In this document: positions 16,832 to 26,307 of the stretch, one piece after another | How positions within the stretch are numbered: position 1 is the first letter of the stretch | Layout: each line of letters starts with the position of its first letter | Origin: Acidimicrobiia bacterium | Lineage (GTDB): Bacteria > Actinomycetota > Acidimicrobiia > IMCC26256 > JAENVU01 | Assembly: GCA_038250905.1 (NCBI GenBank) | Contig: JBBSBV010000026.1 | Span: forward strand, 310-64,309 | Reading direction: 5' to 3' | DNA: 64,000 nucleotides | Notes under the pieces: model-generated | Databases searched by the model: none | Told to the model about the DNA's origin: nothing | The model's input: only the letters and a program-made list of their open reading frames with translations | Made by a program: the position numbers and the translations under genes

Positions 16832-19531
16832 TCACCCGGCGATCGCGATCGCCAATCGGTCGCGGGCAGTCCGCATCGCTTCCGCCTGGTCGAGACCCTC
16901 CGCCCGGTCTTCCCAACGTCGCATCTGATCCTCGCCGACACTCAGGCGGAGCTTGTCGAACGCGGCGGCGAGATCCTCGGTATCGGCGGGCAAGAGCGGC
17001 AGCGCAAACTCCGCCGCCGACGCCGCATGGTTCAGTACGACGGCGGTCTCGAAGTCGCCGGCATCGGCAAGGCACAGCGCGGCCTGGCGCAAGGCCGACC
17101 AGAGGTGCGACCGATGCCCTGCTCGCTCCCACGTATCGAGCAGCGCGAGCACCATCGTCATCGCGTCGCGCAGGGATCCGTGACGGCGGCGGACCGATGC
17201 CAGGCGCGTCGTGCACAATGCTTCGATCCAGTGATTCTCCACCGAGCGGGCTCGGGCAAGACTGTCGTCGAACAGTGCCTCCGCGTACTCGACGTCAACG
17301 AGTTCGGTGGCAACCGCCCGGCCGAACAGTGCCCACGCGATCGTGGACGGATTCTCCGATTCGCGCGCACTGGCAACCGCCCGGTTCGCGAGATCGAGCG
17401 CCGCCGCGCCGCGCCCGGCGAAGCTGCGACCCAGCGACCGTACGACGTCGACGTTCGTCTGCCAATACGGGTTGGCCGAGTCGCTCGACAGCTCGATGAC
17501 CTCCGCCATCACGGAGCGCACGTCTGACACGGCTCCGCCGTACTCCGCCGAGTTCAGGAGTGCGAGACGAGCGGGGAGGGACCGCGGCGCACCCAGTACC
17601 CGTTCCAGGCGCAGCGACTCCGATGCGAACTGCTCCGCCTTCAGCGGGCTCTCGCGAATCCAGCCCCCCAACGCCACGATCCCGAGCACCATTGCCCGGT
17701 CGGGGTTGTCCGGCGCCGCGGCGACACACGCCGCCTCGCCCCAGTCGAAGATCTCCGACCGCATCCGCATGAACGCGTAGTCCCAGAGCGAGGCAACAAT
17801 CCGCAACGCGGCATCGGCATCGCCGGCGTTGATCGCTCGCGCGTGGGCCGTCCGAAGATTGTCGAAGTCGAGCTCGATCTGCACGACGCATCGTGCCTCG
17901 TCCGGGCCGCGGAGCGAGGTGCCCGCGGCTTCCGCCACGCCCACGTAGTGGCGCACGAACCCGGCGTGCACGGTTGCCCGGTCGGATGCGTCGAGGCGTG
18001 CATCCGCATAGGCGCGGACCGGCTCGAGCAGGCGGAAGCGCGTCCGTTCTCGCCGAGTCTCCGACGTGAGGAGCGACCGATCGACCAGGCCGCGCAGGAG
18101 TTCCAGTACCCGGGAACTGTCGAGATGCGGCGACACGACCGCCGCGAACGCGGCGCGGTCGAACGAACCGGGCAGGACTGAGCACCGGACGAAGGCCTCA
18201 CGGAGCATCGGCTCGAGGCGATTGAAGGTGAGATCGAGTGCGTCTTCGACCGAGCGGTGCCGGGTGAGGCCGCGGCTCGACGTCGGCAGGTCACCGGCCC
18301 GGACGGCTTCGAGAATGTCGGCGAGTGACAGCGACGACGCATTCGACGCTGCGACTTCGATCGCCAACGGCACTCCGGCCACCGCCCGACATACGTCGCG
18401 CGCCAGCGCTCGCGTGCGCGCATCATCGACCAGGTCGGCACCCGCGGCTCGAGCGCGCTCGATGAACAGCTCGACACTGTCGTCGGCGGCGACCTCGGCG
18501 CGCAACGGCTGCAACATCGTCACGTGCTCGCCGGGCACGCCCAGAGGCTCGCGACTGGTTGCCAACAGGTGGCAGCGCGGCGCGTCCAGGGATACCGCGA
18601 GTGCGAGTTCGGCCACCGATTCCGTCGCTTCCTCGCAGTTGTCGAGGATGAGCAACAGCTCCCTGTCGCGCAGCCATTCGACCACGCTCTCCTCGGCGCT
18701 GCGCAGGGTCCTCCGTTCGACGCCGAGCGCCTTCCCGAGGGCCACACCCACCTGCGACGCCAGAACACCGGAGAACTCGCACATCACCACGCCGTCGGCG
18801 AACCGGTCTTGGACACCTGACGCCGCCTCCACCGCCAGGCGGGTCTTTCCGACCCCGGCCAGACCGACCAACGTGACCAACCGATGCGTGAGCAGTTGCT
18901 CGCGGAGACGCTCGACCTCGGCGGTCCGCCCGACGAAGCTCGTGAGCGATCGCGGGATGGTGGGAACCGCCCGGGTTGCGCCCCGCACCTCGTGGAGGTG
19001 GTCGGGAAGACCCTCGGCCAGCACCGTGTAGACCCGAACCGGCTCGGCAACGTCGCGGAGGTGATGCATCCCCAGATCGAGGAACTCGACTCGCTCCGTC
19101 ATGCTCCGTCCGGCCTCGGACTCCGCAATGCCGGATACGACGATCTGGCCACCGTGGGCCAACGTGTGCAGTCGAGCGGTCGCGTTGAGGGCCCAACCGA
19201 AGAACTCGCCGTCGCGTTCGATGACGTCGCCCGAGTGCACGCCCATGCGTACCAGCAAGGCACCCAGACCCGAAAAGTCGGCGGCCGCGAGCGCCCGCTG
19301 CGCAGCGAGCGCGGCGTCGACCGCCGCGCCTGCGCCGGAGAACACGGCGACGATCCCGTCGCCGGTGTGCTTCACGATGTGTCCACCGACCCCGGTGATG
19401 GCGGTGCGCAACAGGAGGTCGTGCTGTTCGAGTGCGGCCAGCATCGCGTCCGGGAACTGGTCCCACAGGCGCGTGCTCGATTCGATGTCCGTGAAGAGGA
19501 ACGTCCGACGAACAGTCGCTGACGACGGCAT
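16832..19531 (-). CDS. Class III adenylate/guanylate cyclase + STAND (NB-ARC-like) ATPase + TPR-like region
   Basis: FLFTDIESST, KHTGDG, RMGVHSG, LNATARL; Walker A GLAGVGKT; Walker B LLILDNCE; ATSREPL; GVPLAIE. Confidence 0.9.
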   Translation of the reverse strand: MPSSATVRRTFLFTDIESSTRLWDQFPDAMLAALEQHDLLLRTAITGVGGHIVKHTGDGIVAVFSGAGAAVDAALAAQRALAAADFSGLGALLVRMGVHSGDVIERDGEFFGWALNATARLHTLAHGGQIVVSGIAESEAGRSMTERVEFLDLGMHHLRDVAEPVRVYTVLAEGLPDHLHEVRGATRAVPTIPRSLTSFVGRTAEVERLREQLLTHRLVTLVGLAGVGKTRLAVEAASGVQDRFADGVVMCEFSGVLASQVGVALGKALGVERRTLRSAEESVVEWLRDRELLLILDNCEEATESVAELALAVSLDAPRCHLLATSREPLGVPGEHVTMLQPLRAEVAADDSVELFIERARAAGADLVDDARTRALARDVCRAVAGVPLAIEVAASNASSLSLADILEAVRAGDLPTSSRGLTRHRSVEDALDLTFNRLEPMLREAFVRCSVLPGSFDRAAFAAVVSPHLDSSRVLELLRGLVDRSLLTSETRRERTRFRLLEPVRAYADARLDASDRATVHAGFVRHYVGVAEAAGTSLRGPDEARCVVQIELDFDNLRTAHARAINAGDADAALRIVASLWDYAFMRMRSEIFDWGEAACVAAAPDNPDRAMVLGIVALGGWIRESPLKAEQFASESLRLERVLGAPRSLPARLALLNSAEYGGAVSDVRSVMAEVIELSSDSANPYWQTNVDVVRSLGRSFAGRGAAALDLANRAVASARESENPSTIAWALFGRAVATELVDVEYAEALFDDSLARARSVENHWIEALCTTRLASVRRRHGSLRDAMTMVLALLDTWERAGHRSHLWSALRQAALCLADAGDFETAVVLNHAASAAEFALPLLPADTEDLAAAFDKLRLSVGEDQMRRWEDRAEGLDQAEAMRTARDRLAIAIAG

Positions 19532-19588
19532 CGCCGGGGACAGTAGCGCCCGCCCCTGGTACCGGCCTAATACGGCATTCGAACGAGC

Positions 19589-20482
19589 TCAGGCGAGCAG
19601 GGCGGCCAGCGCGACGTCGAGGGTCGGGTGGACGAACGTGTACCCGGACGCGTCGAGTGCCGCGGGCATCACCCGGGCACCCTCCACCAGGAGGTGCTGC
19701 ACCAGCTCGGCGCCATAGACGAGTTTCAGCGGGAGCAGCGGGGTCGGCAACTTGGTCGGCCGGTGGAGAACCTGTCCGAGTGCGTGCGTGAACTCGAGGT
19801 TCGTGACCGGTGCGGGCGCAGTCGCGTTCACCGGTCCCGAGAGGTCGGCGGTGTCGATGGCATGGAGGATCGCGCCGACCTCGTCGGCCAGGGAGATCCA
19901 GCTCATGTATTGACGGCCGCTGGCGATCCGGCCACCGAGACCGAGCTTGAACGGCGTGAGCATGCGGTCCAGGGCACCGCCGTCGGCGCTGAGCACGATC
20001 CCGGTCCGCAGATGCACCGTGCGGATGCCTGCCTCCGAGGCGGCGGCGGTCGCCGCCTCCCACGCGAGGCACACGTTGACGAGGAAGTCGTCGGTCGGCC
20101 CCGGGCCACTCGCTTCGGTGAGCCGCTCGTCACCCCGGTCGCCGTACCAGCCGACGGCACTTCCCGACACCAACACCGACGGCCGGCGTTCCAGTCCGGC
20201 GAGAGTCCCGGCGAGGAGTTCGGTTCCCCGCACGCGACTGTCACGGATCTTGCGCTTCTGTTCGTCGGTCCACTTCTTCTCGCCGATGCCCTCCCCGGCG
20301 AGATGCACCACGGCGTCGAAGCCTTCGAACCCCGCGGAGTCGATGGTCCCGGCCGCCGGATCCCACCGCAGCCCGAGTCCGTTTCCCCGTACGACGGGCA
20401 CGACCCGGTCGCCGCGCTCGTGGAGCGCATTGGCGAGGGCGGTGCCGATCAACCCACTCGATCCGGTGATTGCTACGTCCAT
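19589..20482 (-). CDS. TIGR01777/YfcH-like NAD-dependent epimerase
   Basis: ITGSSGLIG, HLAGEGI, SGSAVGWYG, GLGGRIASGRQYMSWI. Confidence 0.9.
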   Translation of the reverse strand: MDVAITGSSGLIGTALANALHERGDRVVPVVRGNGLGLRWDPAAGTIDSAGFEGFDAVVHLAGEGIGEKKWTDEQKRKIRDSRVRGTELLAGTLAGLERRPSVLVSGSAVGWYGDRGDERLTEASGPGPTDDFLVNVCLAWEAATAAASEAGIRTVHLRTGIVLSADGGALDRMLTPFKLGLGGRIASGRQYMSWISLADEVGAILHAIDTADLSGPVNATAPAPVTNLEFTHALGQVLHRPTKLPTPLLPLKLVYGAELVQHLLVEGARVMPAALDASGYTFVHPTLDVALAALLA

Positions 20483-20562
20483 GACCCCTCCCTCGGTGGC
20501 AGCACGGTATGACCGGGACAACGGTTGGTAGGCATCGAGGTGGACTCCGCTAGATTCATCCC

Positions 20563-20639
20563 GCGCCGCTAGCTCAACTGGTTAGAGCAACAGACTCTTA
20601 ATCTGTAGGTTCTGGGTTCGAGTCCCAGGCGGCGTACCA
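20563..20639 (+). tRNA. tRNA-Lys(CTT)
   Basis: ACAGA-CT-CTT-AA-TCTGT; GGTTCGAGTCC; CCA. Confidence 0.96.
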
Positions 20640-20784
20640 CGCAACTCCCCGAACCCCACGCGATCGAGCCAACGCTCTCGCGGCGATGGTGCTTCCTGTT
20701 TGTCTGATTCGAGTAGAATCAACCGCTTCGGGCGCCGAAATTCGCGCGGCAATCGGGACACGGGTCGGGAACGGGAGCACCACC

Positions 20785-22104
20785 ATGCACGGCAATCGTC
20801 GCGCTCGGACGACCATCGCGGCCGTTGCCGTGGCCGGCACGGCCGGCGCCCTGCTCATCGGCGCCGGAACCGCGGGCGCAGCCACGGCGCTCTACGTCGA
20901 CCGGGCCAACCCTGCGTGTTCGGACTCCGGTGCGGGGAGCGCGAGCCAACCGTTCTGCACGATCGTGAAGGCCGGCAAGACCGCCAAGGCGGACGCCACG
21001 GTGTCCGTCGCGAGCGGCACGTACGGCGGCGACGTCGCGGTCACCAACTCGGGCACGGCCGGCGCGCCGATCACGTTCACCGCGGCGCCCGGAGCCTCGG
21101 TGGTGATCCAGGGCGGGGCGAACGCATTCAAGGTGTCGGGCAAGAACTACGTGACCATCACCGGCTTCACCGTCACCAACACGACTGGGTACGGCATCTA
21201 CGCCACCAACGCCTCCCACCTCGAGATCGCGAACAACCGCGTCACCCTCGCGGGCAAGCCCGTATCCGGGAGCAGCAAGCCCGGCATCAAGCTCTCGGGC
21301 GTGACCGCCTCCACGATCTCGGGCAACCAGACCGACCACAACAGCGACGCCGGCATCTACGCGTCGGGCAACTCCAACGGCAACGTGTTCAGCCACAACA
21401 CGTCGTTCGCGAACGCGTGTGGATACGTCCGGGCCGCCGCCGGGATCGACCTGCGTGGCAGCACCGGCAACGTCCTCGACGGCAACGTGGTCCACGACAA
21501 CGAGGACTCGGGCCTCAACATCTGGTCGACCGCCACCGGCACGCTGGCCACGAACAACGTCACCTACGACAACGGCGATCACGGGATCGACGTCCACAAC
21601 TCGACCGGCGCCCGGATCATCGCGAACACGGTCGTGGGTAACTACGACTCCGGCATCGAGTTCACCGGCTCACCGTCGGGGACCACGGCCAACAACGTGA
21701 GTGCCGACAACGGCGTCGCGAGCGTGCGGACCCGAGGCCAGATCCGGGTGGACTCCGCCTCGCTGTCCGGCATCTCGGTGAGCTTCGACCTGGTCCACAT
21801 GAGCGCGCCGGGCACGATGATCGACTGGGCCGGCAAGATCTACAGCTCCTTGGGCGCGTTCCGCGCCGCGACCGGCCAGGAGAGCAACGGGATCGAGGCC
21901 GATCCCGGATTCCGGGACCGCGCCGCGGCCGACTTCCACCTGACCGCGGGTTCGGCGGCGATCGACGCAGCCAACTCGGGTGTCGCCGGCGCGCCGAGCT
22001 CCGATTTCGACGGCGCCGCCCGGGTCGACGACCCGAATGTCGCCAACACGGGGAGCGGACCCCGCCCGTACGACGATCGCGGTGCGTTCGAGTTCCTCGG
22101 CTGA
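20785..22104 (+). CDS. Secreted right-handed parallel beta-helix protein (pectin lyase-like)
   Basis: Signal peptide; CSDSGAGSASQPFCTI; Asn-ladder repeats; C-terminal DFHLTAGSAAIDA...DRGAFEF. Confidence 0.85.
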   Translation: MHGNRRARTTIAAVAVAGTAGALLIGAGTAGAATALYVDRANPACSDSGAGSASQPFCTIVKAGKTAKADATVSVASGTYGGDVAVTNSGTAGAPITFTAAPGASVVIQGGANAFKVSGKNYVTITGFTVTNTTGYGIYATNASHLEIANNRVTLAGKPVSGSSKPGIKLSGVTASTISGNQTDHNSDAGIYASGNSNGNVFSHNTSFANACGYVRAAAGIDLRGSTGNVLDGNVVHDNEDSGLNIWSTATGTLATNNVTYDNGDHGIDVHNSTGARIIANTVVGNYDSGIEFTGSPSGTTANNVSADNGVASVRTRGQIRVDSASLSGISVSFDLVHMSAPGTMIDWAGKIYSSLGAFRAATGQESNGIEADPGFRDRAAADFHLTAGSAAIDAANSGVAGAPSSDFDGAARVDDPNVANTGSGPRPYDDRGAFEFLG

Positions 22105-22149
22105 CCGTCGCCACTTCCCCGTGGTCTCCGCGTGGGCCATGCTCGCGTC

Positions 22150-23037
22150 ATGCGACTCGGCGTGTGCATCGTTCCCACCGATCCGTGGCCGACCGCCGTG
22201 GCGCAGGCGCGTCACGTCGAGGCGTTGGGCTTCGAGCATCTCTGGACGTACGACCACCTCTCGTGGCAGCACTACCGCGACGAACCGTGGTTCGCGGCGC
22301 TCCCCTGGCTCACCGGGTTGGCGGGGGTCACGAACCGGATCCGACTCGGCACGCTCGTCTGCTCTCCCAACTTCCGCGAACCGCTCACCCTCGCCAAGGA
22401 CGCAATCGCGCTCGACCACGTGTCGGGTGGCCGGTTCGTCCTCGGCGTCGGGGCAGGCGGCGTGGGCTCGGACGCCACCGTCTATGGAACCGAAGTCCTC
22501 CCACCGGCCGCGCGGGCCGCTCGATTCGCCGAGATGGTCGAAGCCCTCGACGGCCTCCTGGGCCACGCCGAGTACTCGTTCGCCGGTGACTACTTCCGGA
22601 TCGCGGACGCCCGGACTCGACCGGGTTCCCTCCAGCAACCACGGCTGCCGCTCGCGGTCGCCGCGTCCGGACCCAAGGCGCTGGCGCTCGCGGCTCGTTT
22701 CGGTGACGCCTGGATCACGATCGGCGACCCCTGGCACGACGGCAGCCGCGCCGGCACCGAGCGCGCGGTCCGTGACCAGCTCAGCCGACTCGAGGACGCG
22801 TGTGTGGCGATCGGGCGTGACCCCGGGGAGATCGATCGCGTGATGCTCGCCGGTGCCGACGACGACCGTCCGCTCGCGAGCCTCGACCGGTTCGACGAGT
22901 TCGCCGGCCGGTACCGCGAACTCGGCATCACCGATCTCGTGGTCCATCACCCCCGCGCCGAGGACGAACACTGGAACGACCCCCCGGAGATGCTCGACGC
23001 GGTCGCCACCCGCATCCCGGCTCTGCGCGGCGACTGA
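22150..23037 (+). CDS. LLM class flavin-dependent oxidoreductase
   Basis: HLWTYDH, IRLGTLV..PNFR, LDHVSGGRFVLGVGAG. Confidence 0.9.
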   Translation: MRLGVCIVPTDPWPTAVAQARHVEALGFEHLWTYDHLSWQHYRDEPWFAALPWLTGLAGVTNRIRLGTLVCSPNFREPLTLAKDAIALDHVSGGRFVLGVGAGGVGSDATVYGTEVLPPAARAARFAEMVEALDGLLGHAEYSFAGDYFRIADARTRPGSLQQPRLPLAVAASGPKALALAARFGDAWITIGDPWHDGSRAGTERAVRDQLSRLEDACVAIGRDPGEIDRVMLAGADDDRPLASLDRFDEFAGRYRELGITDLVVHHPRAEDEHWNDPPEMLDAVATRIPALRGD

Positions 23038-23039
23038 CC

Positions 23040-24086
23040 TCAGACGCTCGGGTCGAGCACCACCTTGCCGACACCGTCGGCACGCGAGTGGAAGAGCCGG
23101 TACGCATCGTCGCCCTTACTCAGGGGCAGATGGTGGGTGACCACGACCTCGGGGCGGAGCCGGCCGGACTGGGTGAGTGTGAGCAGCGCGGGCAGTTCGC
23201 GCTGCACCGAGCAGAGACCGATGCTGAACTCGAGCTCGTTGAACTGCGCGAGCGCCATGTGCATCGGGAACGCCGAGTTCTGGTTGACCCCGACGACCGA
23301 CACGCGCGCGCCGCGGGCCGCGATCTTCGTCGCGAGATCGATCGTGGCATCGGCACCCACCGCTTCGAGGACGACATCGGCACCGCGACCGTTGGTGAGT
23401 TCCCGCACGGTGACGCGCGGATCCCCGGCGACCGGTTCGGCGCCGAGCGCAGCCGCTGCGTCACGACGGGACTCGACCAGATCGATCGCGAGCACTCGAC
23501 CCGCGCCCATGATCTGGGCCGCCAACACCGCCATGATGCCGACCGGGCCGAGGCCGACGACCGCGACGACGTCGCCCGGAACGATGCGCGCCCGGCGGGC
23601 GCCGTACCAGGCCGTCGGCGCATTGTCGGTGAGCACGAGCGCGGCGTCGTCGCTGACCCCATCCGGGATCGCGACGAGGTTGCCGTCCGCGCACGGGACG
23701 GCGACGAACTCGGCCTGGCTCCCCGGGAGCAGGGCGCCGAGGCCGTAACAGCCACTCCGACCCCGCTCGCAGCCGAGGACGTACCCGGCGCGACACGGTG
23801 GACAGGAGTTGCAGCCGACGGACGCCGAGACCAGGACCCGGTCACCGACACCGAACCGCCGGACCGCGGCCCCGACCGCCACCACCTCGCCGACCGACTC
23901 GTGCCCGACGCAGAACCCGAGGTCCGGGCTGAACCCGTGTCCCTCGTAGATGTGGAGGTCGCTCCCGCAGATCCCACAGGCGCGGATCGCGACGATCGCG
24001 CTCTCGTCGTCGAAGAGGTCGGGATCGGGAATCGACTCGACGCGCACGTCGAAGGGCCCGTGGTAGGTCAGCGCTCGCATCGTCAC
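23040..24086 (-). CDS. Zinc-dependent alcohol dehydrogenase (MDR)
   Basis: CGICGSDLH, GHE..G, C-x2-C-x2-C-x7-C, GLGPVG. Confidence 0.92.
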   Translation of the reverse strand: MTMRALTYHGPFDVRVESIPDPDLFDDESAIVAIRACGICGSDLHIYEGHGFSPDLGFCVGHESVGEVVAVGAAVRRFGVGDRVLVSASVGCNSCPPCRAGYVLGCERGRSGCYGLGALLPGSQAEFVAVPCADGNLVAIPDGVSDDAALVLTDNAPTAWYGARRARIVPGDVVAVVGLGPVGIMAVLAAQIMGAGRVLAIDLVESRRDAAAALGAEPVAGDPRVTVRELTNGRGADVVLEAVGADATIDLATKIAARGARVSVVGVNQNSAFPMHMALAQFNELEFSIGLCSVQRELPALLTLTQSGRLRPEVVVTHHLPLSKGDDAYRLFHSRADGVGKVVLDPSV

Positions 24087-24245
24087 TTCTTAGTACGAGG
24101 GTCGATCCTGGTCCGGTTCGCGCAGTTTCCGCTGGGCCGTTTGAACCTTTGTCCCCTGCCGACCGCGAAGAGCGGGCCGATCGATCAAACCCACCACGTT
24201 CCGTGACGATACCGAAGCATCACCATCGTCACCTCGTGAGGAACC

Positions 24246-25415
24246 ATGACCCGTCGCCTGCACCGCGTGCGCACCGCCGCCACCGGCGCGCTGCTGGTCG
24301 TTGTCGTCAGCGCCTGTGGTCTCGCACGCCCGCCGATCAGCCCGGCGGCGAGTTCCCCTCCGGACCGTCCCATCTCCTCGGACGGTGCCGTCGCACCGGG
24401 CGGGCCGACCGAAGCGGCACGCCGAGCAGGGTTCAACCCCGGCTCCGGGATCCTGTGGATGGACGACGCCGACCGTCAGCGTGAACTCGACGCGATGGTC
24501 GCCACCGGCGCCCGGTGGATCGCGCTCGACTTCGACTGGAACTCGATCCAGGGGGACGGCCCCGACAGTTTCCGCTGGGACCGCTCGACCGACACGGTGG
24601 TCGGCGAGGCCCACGCCCGAGGTCTCCGGATCATCGGCACCCTCGCGTACAGCCCGCCCTGGGCCCGCCGCGCGCAGTGCGCGGACACCAGCCACTGCCT
24701 CCCGACCGACCCCGACGCCTACGCCCGCTTCGCCCGGGCCGCGGCCGAGCGGTACGGCCCGACCAGCGGCGACCCCGCGCTGCGGAACTCCGTCCGGGTC
24801 TGGCAGATCTGGAACGAAGCCAACCACTACCCGTTCGTGCAACCGACCGTCGACGTCCCGGGCTACACGCTCATGCTGCGACGAGCGTACGCGGCCATCA
24901 AACTCGGTGACTCCGGGGCGACCGTGCTCGCCGGTGCCACCGCGCCCGCCGGAGACGACCCGAGCGGCCGCGACGTGGCGCCGGTGACGTTCCTCCGCGG
25001 CATCTACGCCAACGGCGGCGGCAACTCGTTCGACGCGTTCGCGCACCACCCGTACTCGTTCCCCGAGAGCCCGCTCACGGTGGCACCGTGGAACGCCTTC
25101 GGCCAGACCCGAGACCTGCACGACGTGATGGTCGAAAACGGCGACAGCGCGAAGAAGGTGTGGGGCACCGAAGCCGGCGCGGGTACCGGTACGGATGCCA
25201 AGGCGGTCAGCGCGACTCGACAGTCCCAGTTGCTGCGCGAGTACTACACCGGGTGGAACCACGAGTTCCGGAGCTTCACCGGCCCGCTGCTGTGGTTCAC
25301 CGTGCGGGACGAGGGCACCGACCCCGCCAGCCTCTACGAGAACTTCGGAATTCTGCGCCACGACTTCCGGGCGAAGCCGGCGCGCGACGTGTTCGTCTCC
25401 ATGCTCCGGGCCTGA
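24246..25415 (+). CDS. Clan-A glycoside hydrolase (GH5/GH39-like) lipoprotein
   Basis: Lipobox-like VSAC; QIWNEAN acid/base; HHPY; WGTEAG nucleophile. Confidence 0.85.
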   Translation: MTRRLHRVRTAATGALLVVVVSACGLARPPISPAASSPPDRPISSDGAVAPGGPTEAARRAGFNPGSGILWMDDADRQRELDAMVATGARWIALDFDWNSIQGDGPDSFRWDRSTDTVVGEAHARGLRIIGTLAYSPPWARRAQCADTSHCLPTDPDAYARFARAAAERYGPTSGDPALRNSVRVWQIWNEANHYPFVQPTVDVPGYTLMLRRAYAAIKLGDSGATVLAGATAPAGDDPSGRDVAPVTFLRGIYANGGGNSFDAFAHHPYSFPESPLTVAPWNAFGQTRDLHDVMVENGDSAKKVWGTEAGAGTGTDAKAVSATRQSQLLREYYTGWNHEFRSFTGPLLWFTVRDEGTDPASLYENFGILRHDFRAKPARDVFVSMLRA

Positions 25416-25462
25416 CCGATCGGTCACACCCGCGCCGGACACCTTCGGTAGGGTCCGACGCC

Positions 25463-26260
25463 ATGGACGCACCGCCGCCAAACCCGAGCGCACCGTTGGA
25501 TCCGTTGGCCTCGTTCCGACTCGACGGCCAGGTCGCCGTCGTCACCGGCGCGAGTGCGGGGCTCGGCGCGCGATTCGCGCGCGTGCTCGACGCCGCCGGC
25601 GCGCGGGTGGTGGTCACGGCGCGCCGGGCCGACCGCCTCGACGAACTCGCGGCCGACCTCACCGATCCGGTGGTGCTCCCGGGAGACATCACCGACCCGG
25701 CCTGGCGGGCGTCGCTGATCGCGACCGTGACCGAACGGGCCGGGCGTATCGACGTGCTGGTGAACAACGCTGGGCGCAGCGAGCCCATGCGGGCTTTCGA
25801 CGAGTCCGTCGACCACTTCCGGGACACGCTCGAGCTGAACCTCGTCGCCCCGTTTGCGATCGCCCAGGCCGCCGCCGCGGCCATGGCGGCCCAGGAAATC
25901 GAGGGCAGCATCGTCAACGTGTCCTCGATCTACGCCCTCGTCGGCATCGGCCGGATCCCGGAGGCCGGCTACTCGGCGTCGAAGGGCGGGCTCACCAGCC
26001 TGACCCGGGAACTCGCGAGCCAGTGGTCGCGGCGCAACATCCGGGTGAATGCGCTCGCCCCGGGCTGGTTTCCCAGTGAGATGACCACCGAGATGTTCAC
26101 CGACGCCCGGCTCGCCGACTGGATCACCGAGAAGACTCCGCTCCGACGGCCCGGCCGGCCCGAGGAGCTCGATGGCGCGCTGCTCTTCCTGGCGAGTGGT
26201 GCGAGCAGCTACATCACCGGGCAGACCCTGGCGGTCGACGGGGGTTGGACCGCCATCTGA
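25463..26260 (+). CDS. SDR family oxidoreductase
   Basis: TGASAGLG, NNAG, YSASK. Confidence 0.92.
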   Translation: MDAPPPNPSAPLDPLASFRLDGQVAVVTGASAGLGARFARVLDAAGARVVVTARRADRLDELAADLTDPVVLPGDITDPAWRASLIATVTERAGRIDVLVNNAGRSEPMRAFDESVDHFRDTLELNLVAPFAIAQAAAAAMAAQEIEGSIVNVSSIYALVGIGRIPEAGYSASKGGLTSLTRELASQWSRRNIRVNALAPGWFPSEMTTEMFTDARLADWITEKTPLRRPGRPEELDGALLFLASGASSYITGQTLAVDGGWTAI

Positions 26261-26273
26261 CCCCTCCCGGGGC

Positions 26274-26300
26274 TCAAGATCGTGCGAATCCGGTCGATGT
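26274..26300 (+). promoter_or_regulatory. Putative sigma28-like promoter
   Basis: TCAA-N15-GTCGATGT, 7 nt before in-frame GTG 26308. Confidence 0.45.
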
Positions 26301-26307
26301 CTCTTCC

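Noticed and set aside
9456-20562. Integrative island between tRNA-His and tRNA-Lys
   Set aside because: No integrase, no duplicated tRNA 3' end (att) seen, no obvious composition shift, and it includes the housekeeping TIGR01777 gene.
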